Source: a virus (Duplodnaviria > Caudoviricetes). From it: a stretch of DNA of 24,486 nt. The stretch is from the IMG/VR virus record IMGVR_UViG_3300032318_000262, positions 1 through 24,486 of that record; one strand, 5' to 3'. Made by a program: the position numbers and the translations under genes. Shown piece after piece: positions 8,701 to 16,600 of this stretch (position 1 is its first letter; each line of letters opens with the position of its first letter). The notes under the pieces were generated by a model. The model saw nothing but the letters and a program-made list of their open reading frames with translations, ran no database searches and had not been told where the DNA came from.

Positions 8701-10035
8701 GTCGTCAAATAAAGAAAGCGTTCCAGTAGAGGCAAGTAATTGTCCAACAGGAAGAGATGTAGTTCCTATGTCAGACAATATTTTCTTAATATTAAAATCA
8801 ATAACTTTGTCTGATATGTTTGCAACTAGTCTGGGAGACATTTCAATTAAATCAAAGGTTGAGTCAAACTTATTCATTGTTTCTGCTACAACCCTTATTC
8901 CACGAAGATAGGCAAACTCTCTATATGTTGTTAAGTTGTTTGCATCGTTTGTAAATTTTTCTGGATTTGTTAAGTCTGTAATAAGTTTTGTTGAACTATT
9001 TAAAACTCCAGTACCAAGTATCCATCCATATTCTGGAATAAATGTATTATATTCTTGATTTGCTCCATCCCAAATATAAATAATTCCACGTTCATTTTCA
9101 TTTTCAATTATTAAGTATGCGTATCCATCAAGAGATATTTCTGGAAGTAGTGAGGTTGATGATAGTTGTTCAATAAAAGTAAAGGTTGACTTATATGCAT
9201 CTGGAATCTTTAATCCATATTCTAACTCAACATAACCATCTTCTGGAATAATGGCAGTATCATCATCACGAACAGAGTTTTCATCAAAAGAATAGGCATC
9301 AATCCAACTATTTTCATTTAAATACTGAATCTTCCATCTGACTGGAGTTGTTTTATTTGTTGTGCCATATAGAGGATCTTGCAGGGTTCCTGACTGTGTT
9401 GTAAAGGTTCCAAGGTCTGCCGTTCCCACATTTGTCTGCATTTTTACTACAAGTCTATTTGCTGGTACATTTTCTTTATAAACTACAAATGGAACAGCAT
9501 CATCAATATAGTTTAATCCATTAGATAGATTCTTTGCAATTCCTCTTTCAATATTATCTTCTGTTCTAAATGATGACCAATATCTAAATTGATCATATCT
9601 TGAAGCCATATAATATCTTGGTCTTTCTGCAAGGGATGCACCAGAGTTTGCAAAATATCTATTATTAAAGTAAGAGGCTTTGTTAATCCCAGAACGTGGT
9701 CTAAAAGGCTTTATGCAATCTTCTAAAGAATATATCATTTTCATTTTTTCTTTAGTTGATGTAAATAGTTGCGGTACTCCAGAGTTATCAAATCCTCCAT
9801 CTACAACAACATCTGCATCGGTTGCACCTGTGTAGTAATTACCTAAATCTAAACTATCAAAATTTAAGGGAAGTGTTCGGTATTGAACATCTGAATCAGT
9901 AGGTCTATATCTATAGTTACCAAGTTTATATATATTATCTGGCATATTCATATTCCACTCAGCCAGGACTAATGACTGTAGGCGTATTGTTGAAGATGTT
10001 TCTAGATGTGTCTTTAATGTCTCACTAACAAACAT
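5713..10035 (-). CDS. large tail-tip hub (Tal-like) protein with inserted lectin-like domain
   Basis: 1440 aa, second gene after the TMP; C-terminus SPYIQTQDDA...PTLQLGDIVTI is typical of hub proteins; EVLNQLAVSTQSAMFFDEYNNFVV hub-core pattern. Confidence 0.7.
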   Translation of the reverse strand: MFVSETLKTHLETSSTIRLQSLVLAEWNMNMPDNIYKLGNYRYRPTDSDVQYRTLPLNFDSLDLGNYYTGATDADVVVDGGFDNSGVPQLFTSTKEKMKMIYSLEDCIKPFRPRSGINKASYFNNRYFANSGASLAERPRYYMASRYDQFRYWSSFRTEDNIERGIAKNLSNGLNYIDDAVPFVVYKENVPANRLVVKMQTNVGTADLGTFTTQSGTLQDPLYGTTNKTTPVRWKIQYLNENSWIDAYSFDENSVRDDDTAIIPEDGYVELEYGLKIPDAYKSTFTFIEQLSSTSLLPEISLDGYAYLIIENENERGIIYIWDGANQEYNTFIPEYGWILGTGVLNSSTKLITDLTNPEKFTNDANNLTTYREFAYLRGIRVVAETMNKFDSTFDLIEMSPRLVANISDKVIDFNIKKILSDIGTTSLPVGQLLASTGTLSLFDDDQAFNENNTSSIVADYIRKNIKFVFYESILDVEGDEYSVPIKTLYSEGFPQADVTAAKLSIELRDFYFFLESMPAPRLLTTQTSLSYAVSMLLDYIGFSNYTFKRVEDESDPIIPYFFVAPDQNVAEVLNQLAVSTQSAMFFDEYNNFVVMSKDYLMPTLDQRETDFVLSGSNNQTDSGIVENSSSGNLPNILAIASQDKKIYNDGKINYTTRYIQRSYGSIRQSTMIDKEKTWIYKPSLLWEVSGTENTKTINELASKQGSYVLGAMPLNSDLVGTPPVVVGNVLTDNVIDLGENVYWLTRYNGYVYSNGEVIRYDASEFDITGTGKVWISSNQEYQKYFSSIPFNGKIYPTGLVRIYATPNYETIDGLTRLQNGAVVDHGRAQFGTQIVPHFAGINSYWTDNDNVRGLNMQSQYLFSTKLDDDLASTVPATTVAAAGISNTVAKQSTRNSIIKNFMATSYLSETEVNNLPSTQTGTIQSSALVFNGPSFKTTETPLNFLSYVYKDLDNAYKHFGTRLRIIGKIENNTTRTQSPNGSITYYQLSGNQPDQNINIGGGSGGLAFLLNPETNNGYYFEIVALTEDNINSYLKVDENNNAQFSVNNVVFYKIKKDSSNSNAIPVKLWGGLSKIIVDDGKFTGQQRLAGEENSTVYDLSVEYIDIGNTRRFYLYINNQLIKIVDDTDPLPTYNNMALFVRGSSRCMFENIYALSKNYSQNTVFTVNDTLGQVFGDKEVDVTESFRKYAMSGVVQSTYLSGISAQQPPKYNLYFEEFGSIMRECAYFDIRYDRAYPALYAKLSPTFNNIKGYTTSGFYADSYGAEFLIFNSTDKALNLDETTGNFLRIQGVTFTQDTTHELTVDEFFKKRGNLSDPELLGNTSTYSTLVEKSKYDEIKLSRLTYGKNEFSIDSPYIQTQDDADAMMNWIINKLMVPKKSVGMNIFSIPTLQLGDIVTIDYKDSSGLELVSKDSSRFVVYNIEYQRSESGPGMTIYLSEV

Positions 10036-10671
10036 TTAGACCTCTTCCAGTGTTACCGAAATATTCCAAAGATCGTGATTTGACCCACCACGTTTTACAA
10101 CAGAATAATTAAAGTCTGCAATATATACCTGCATGATTTGGTTATATTGTGCAAGATGTCCATAGTCTGCATCGGCCTTACCAAAGTTTGAGTATTTGTC
10201 ATATGCCATAAACATCCAAAAAGGACCTGTATGGTTTTCATACCAGTCAAGAAGTTCTACTCCACCTGCTCCGCCATCTGCTGTAAATTCACCAGTTGTT
10301 TTTTTGTCAGGGGATAAACCAGTAGATAAAAACCCTGCATCTTGAAAGTATGCCCTTGATGGTAAATTACTCCATGAAACAGACATGGTTAACTTATCTG
10401 CTATATGGTATGAACGCATACGTCCATTAATGGTTCTTTGTCTTTGTTCTATTCTTGTTGGTGTAAAATTTAATTCCCCACGATTATGGTCTGAAAGAAT
10501 GAGAAACTGATTAATTAGATCTGCATTTGTAGATGCATCAAAGTTACCTTGTACTTCATAGCCAGTAGGCAGGTATACCCCATTAACGAGTGTGCCAGGG
10601 TTCTCAGACCATAACAGGGCCTGGGGGCGTTCATACCTACGTCTACCTGTTAAATACGCTGCTGTAGCCAT
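10036..10671 (-). CDS. putative distal tail (Dit-like) protein
   Basis: Immediately after the TMP; RTINGRMR...MSVSW...WNISVTLEEV tail-tube-fold-like pattern. Confidence 0.65.
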   Translation of the reverse strand: MATAAYLTGRRRYERPQALLWSENPGTLVNGVYLPTGYEVQGNFDASTNADLINQFLILSDHNRGELNFTPTRIEQRQRTINGRMRSYHIADKLTMSVSWSNLPSRAYFQDAGFLSTGLSPDKKTTGEFTADGGAGGVELLDWYENHTGPFWMFMAYDKYSNFGKADADYGHLAQYNQIMQVYIADFNYSVVKRGGSNHDLWNISVTLEEV

Positions 10672-13600
10672 TTAGCCCCTCTGTGCCCTAATTCTCTGTG
10701 AGTCAACTTGTCTAATTTGTGTCATAACAACTCTTGCAATATCCTCTGGATTTGCATCAGATTTAACATTGACGTTTAGATTATAATTATACACCTTCTC
10801 GCCATCGTATGATCCGCTATTGATAGCCTTCATTTTATCAACACCATATGAGTCAACAGCATACTTAGTCATTACAAATTCTCCAGGAGTTAGCATTGCT
10901 GGAATAGTATCTGTTCCTCTTGACATTCCGCCTACCGCAAAATATTTAGGAACCATTCCACCATAAGACATGTATTTTGGAATTATTCCGCCATTCATTC
11001 TTCCAACTCTAAACTTAGCATTATATGCTGCTGTGTCTGCTGCTGCCTCTGCTGCTTCTTTAGCCTTAAACGATGCCAATGTGCTTGCTTGTTTTATTAC
11101 TGCATTGGATGCTACCAAGGCACGTTCTGCTGCCTTTAATTGTGCTGCAATGGATGCTGCGCCAATTGCTCCGCTTTCTTGTGCTGCAAGAGCACTTGGA
11201 TTTACCTTTGCTGCAAATAATGCTGCAGCATTCATATCTCCTGCTGCTGTGGCAGTTGCATATCCACTTAAGACTGCTGCTTTTGCTGCTGCAGCATCGG
11301 CTGCTTTCTGGGCTGCTTCATCGGCTGCTTTTTGGGCTGCTTCATCTGCTTCTCTCTTTAATCTTGCTGCTTTTTGTTCTGGAGTTTCTCCGCCACCATC
11401 GGAAGCGGTAGGAACAAATGCACTTGATTTTGTGGCTGTCGTAGTAGGTATTGTAGCCATTGCAGCAGCAATTTTACCAATAAGGGCCAGCATACTTTCA
11501 AGTTCAAGTTTTGAATTTGTTAATGCTAGTTTATATGCATCAAGTTTAATTTGAACTGAATCCCAGGCTAGTTTTTCATTTTCAATTGCAAGAAGTTTTG
11601 CATCTAAGATTTCTTGATTCTTATCAAGTTCTGCTTGTAACCTATCTAAAATTGCTTGTGCGTTTGCAAGTTGAGTTGACTTAAGGCCATCAATAACTGT
11701 TTCTATACCTCTAATTGATAGAAGTTTTGCTTCTCTTAATTCTGTTATGTTATAAACTTGATCTTCTAATGAAAGAATTTGTACTTGTACTGTCTTTCTT
11801 TGTTGTTCAAGTGCATAAGACTGTTGAGAAATTCTAAACTGTTCTGCCTCAATCTGGGCCTTTGTCATACCGCCTGCAGATACTACGTTATCGGTTTCAG
11901 CCTTTCTTGATGCAGCAATAAATTCTCCAGATTTACGGTTTGCTGCTTCTGCTGCAGTTGTACGCATATCATTTGCAAGTTGTGCTGCTGCTGAAATATC
12001 ACCTTGAGATAGTGCATCGGCAAGGGAAATTCTACTCTTTTCCTGTGCTGCAATATCAGAGTTAAGTTGAGATATTGTCTGTAGTGCCTTTTCTTGAGCA
12101 TCATACTTCTCATTAATTGCTTCTGTTGCTTTATCAATTAAAGTTAAGTCATTTGACAATACCGCTGATCTATCAGATAAAACCTGTAGTGGTCTATCAA
12201 AATTAATATCCATGCTGCGTTGAGTATCATTAATTTTTTCTTGAAGATCATCAAGGAAGTTTTGACCAATGCCTGGATCATACTTAAGGGTAAGATTAAT
12301 TGCATCAACTTTATCTTGTTCTTTTTGAATACTATCATTAACAGACTTAACATCAATCTCTGCAGTTTTAATCTTAGCCTTTAATCCAATATTTGCTATA
12401 TCAAATTGGTTCTGTAATGTTCTGGCTTGTAAATCAAGAGCAGAAACATTTGCGTCAATTGCTTCTTGTGTTGTTTGTTCAAAGGTTTTTGTTTGATTTG
12501 CAATCAACTCAAGAAGATCAGAATACTGTTTAGTTTTTGCTATTAAATCACCAAACTTATCCTTAGTATTTACAGTTGCATCGGCTGAAGCAATTGCAAA
12601 TGCATTATTCTTATCCTTTAATATTTCAAGAATAACCTCATGTTTTACACCAGCAGCAGTAAGCCTCTTAAATGCCTCAACCTGCATCTTTGTCTCTGAA
12701 ATGTTGTCACTAAGTTTAATGTTGCTTAGTTCATAGTTAAGATTAATAGTCTTTTGTATTTCTTTATTTAATTCTGATTGCTCTTCCTTAGTGGCTTTTA
12801 GTCCTCCTTGTGCAACAATTTTTGCAGTTAGTGTTGCATCCTGTAATATCTTTTGAATTTCAAGTGAGTTGTAGCCTTCTTGTGTTAATAACTTATGTGC
12901 TGCAACTTGATTTTCAATCTCTTTACTTGCATCCTTTACATCTTGAATGTATCCAGCGATTGTTGCTTTTCGGAATCCTTCATTAATGGTTACAAAATCA
13001 TCCTTTAGTGCTGTTATTCTTCCATTTTTACCAATCTCAAATAAAGTTTTTGACCATAGCATAAACTGTTCTGCGTCTAATCCTCTAATAATTTCCATGA
13101 AGTCTTTATCAATAGAAATTCCAGCAGTCTTTGCTGCTGTTTCTATTTGCTTTATTGCTCCAGCCTGTGCATCAAGTCCTGGGTTTATTGAGTTTTTACC
13201 ACCATCATTAAGGAATTTTCTTAAAGATATTAAAGGAGTAAGGGCATTAAAGCCACCTTCTTTAACAAGTTTAAGTCTTTGAGCAAGATCGTTTAAGAAT
13301 GAGTCATCTCTCTTTGGACCTTCATCAGTTGTATCTGTAGGTCCACCCTTCTTAGATGTGTCTGGAACCGCTGCTCCAAACAACTGCGTTCTAATCTTTT
13401 CCATTGCAGTCTTTGTTGCTGATTCTATATTCTTTGGATTCTTTACAAATGACTCTAAAGCAGCAGCAGCAAGTCTTCCAGTCTTTGCACCCTTTGCCTG
13501 CTTTTGGAATGCAGTCTTAAGTTCTCTGTCAAGTATTGCATCAAAACTATCACTAAACTCAATAGATCCCATAGTTATAATTGCTTGGAATTGTAAGTCT

Positions 13601-16600
13601 TTAGGAAGTTTAGATATTGCAGTCCAATCCCTAATTGCAGAATCTAATGTTAAATTTTTACCTTCTCCACCTGCTTCTTCTTGCATTTTTATAAGCGCTG
13701 TTTTTGTTACTTGTCCATTAGGGAATGCCTTATTTAATGCAGCAATTTCTGATCCAACTCTCTTAAGTCTATCAAGGTCTGCTTTTTGTGTTTCAATATT
13801 TAATTCAATTCCAACATAATCTGGAACCTTTCCAAGTTCTTCAATGGCAGACATTGTTGCATCGGCTTCAGTTTTATTCATATGCTTCATAGCAAATACA
13901 AGTTGCTTTTGATTATTTTCATCTGGAAGCATTGTTAAGATTGTAGAAAGTCTTTGAACTCCTTCTGTTCCCTGAACATCAACAAGAGTCTTTAATCTCT
14001 TTTGAATATCTCCACCAGTTTTAGTCAAAGTGCTTACAAGTGTTGATGCTTCCATTGGTGTTAGTACATCTGATGTAACTAATGTTGAAATCTCAAGAGT
14101 TACCTTGTCATTTTTTATTTGATCAAGTTGTGATTGAAGCGCTGCAGCCTGGGCCTTAAGTGGTGCATTATCTTTAAACTTATCTTGCATTCCAACTGCA
14201 AATGCTTCCATATATTTATCACGTACTTGTCCACGGCCTGAGCCAAACGGACTAAGTGTTTCTCCAAGTGATCTCTTTGAAACCTTATCATAATTAGATG
14301 AAGCAGATGATAAAAGTTCTGCCTGCTTTGATCTTAATGTTTTTAGTCCAGATTCTTTCTTAGATTCTAGTTCAGCAATTTGATCATCAATTGCTTTACG
14401 CTCTTGTTCTGTCTTTAATGTTTTTTTCTTAAGTTCAAGGTTTGCAATAGCAGAATCATATTGAGATGTAAGTACGTCTATGCTTGCTTGTGATGCAGCA
14501 ATATTTTGTGAAACTACTCCTTGTAGCATTCCTGCTGCTTGTCCTATTGCAGCCTTTTCTTTACCTTTTTGCCATTGTCTAATTGCTGTTTCAATTCCGC
14601 CAAATATTACTGTTGATACTGCTACACCGACTAGCGCTGCTGGTGCACCAACCCCTGTTGCGCCAACACCTGCAGACCCAATTGTTCCAGCAACTCTTGC
14701 TGCTTTTGCAACCTTGAGTGCTGTTCCAATCTTTCCTGCATTTCCTGCTCTTGCAATTGCTGCTTCTTGAGAAAGAAGAGATGTTGCGCCCAGTCCACCT
14801 TGAACCATGTTTGCTGCCTGAATACCTGCTCTTGCTCCTAGAATCCCTCCACCAACTGCACCTGCTCCTAGTTGTCCAATTTCTGCTTTTGTATTAATCC
14901 CCTTTTGTTGGCTGGCAACCAAGTTTAGATTTTTAAGAGCAGCCTTTTGTAAATTTTGTCCAGTAGTTATTAAATCAACCTGAACCTGTAATGGATTGTT
15001 AACAAGATTTTCTCCATTAGGACCAAGTAGTTGAATCAGTCTTCCTCTAACATCAAGTTCAAGTTTTGCATCCTTAAGATTTCTTGTAAGTGCAACAGCG
15101 ATTGATTCAGCCTGTCCTCTATCTAATACTCCTTGCGATACTGCAGTTCCTAGTTGATTTACTAATGAGTCAACTGCTGCGCCAGATCCAAAGGTTGTCA
15201 TAGCAGCATCAAATGATGATTTAAGGTTTTTACCAAAGTCGCTATTTGAAATTATGCTATTTCCAAACTCCATACTTACTGGAGAAATGTCAGTATTTCT
15301 TCCTGATCTTTTTGCTTGAGCAACTTGAGTAACAGAAACTTTTCCAGTAATCTTTCCAAGTTCTTCAAGTCTTCTTGTGGTCATAGTCATTGACTCTGCT
15401 TGTTTTTGTCCTTCAATAATATTCTTTTTAATTGTTGATGCTTGCATTTTAAATACCGCAACAAGTCCAACTGCAGTTGCTGCAAGTAATTTAAGTGGAC
15501 TGTTAAGCATTGGCAAAAGCATAGTTAACATAGATAGCATCATGATCATATCCATATTTTTTGCAATACCACTATCTGGATTCTTTTGAGCATACATTCC
15601 AGCAGCCATTGGAATCATCATTCCAGCCATTTGTGCTGGCATCATCTTTTGTGAGAAATTCATTCTATTCATTTGACGCATATTTGTGCGCTCTGCAGCA
15701 GAGGCTGCTCTTGTCGTTCCGTCTTCACCTGTAACTGTTTGTGATACATTTCCATATCCACCAATAAAACCACGGAATCCACGAGTCTTATCTGTTCCAA
15801 ATGCCTGTGTAGTTTTAGTTACAGTATTTTCAAGTTGTGCAACCTTGGGAGTTGTCTTGCCCATTTGAGCAGCAAACTTGTCAATTCTATCTCCAAGTTT
15901 TTTAACTCTTGGTTTATCAAAGAATTTATCAATTGCTTTTTCAACTCTATCAGGTGATCTTGAAGCAGCAGATGCTTGTCCTCCACCTGCTGGAACTAGT
16001 AGTCCAGATGGCGTATATACCATTCCTGGTGGTGCTTTTGTACCAGAGAATGGATTTACGTTAGAGTTTTCATACCCTGGAACTTTATCAGCAACCATTG
16101 ACTGAATAAGTGGCATGTATTTAGCAGATTGCTTTGCAGGAATTACAGATTCTCCTGGAGAAAGCATTGCTGGTTGAATATCTCCAGCACCCTTTGGTCC
16201 AGGCACTGAAACAATTCCTTCAGCCAAATTCATGGTTGGCTTAACCTTCATCATTGCATTATCTGTAAATATAAAGTCATCGTAGTATGATGGCTTACGA
16301 CTTAATCTATATTCTAGTGCAGCCTGAAGAGCCTTCTTTTCATTTGGTAGTTTGTCAAATGGTGTCTTCTGTAGATTAGTTAATACTTCTCTTGCTTGGG
16401 CAGCATTAAGTGGATGACCACCTTTTACGTTTCCAAACTTTGTTCCTCTTAAACCAGAGTTAAACCATCCCCAGTCTCTTGCAATCTTGCTTGGTGCCCA
16501 GTCTTCTGGTGTACGATTTTGAGATCTGACTTCTCTAATATGACTTGGAGTTAACTTATTAACATCCCAACCCTTTAAAGACTTAACAACGTCTTGTCCT

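Noticed and set aside
10970-11554. 194-aa plus-strand ORF (and nested 11073-11411)
   Set aside because: Antisense shadow of the Ala-rich (GCA/GCT) TMP region, which lacks stops on the opposite strand; no RBS and low complexity.
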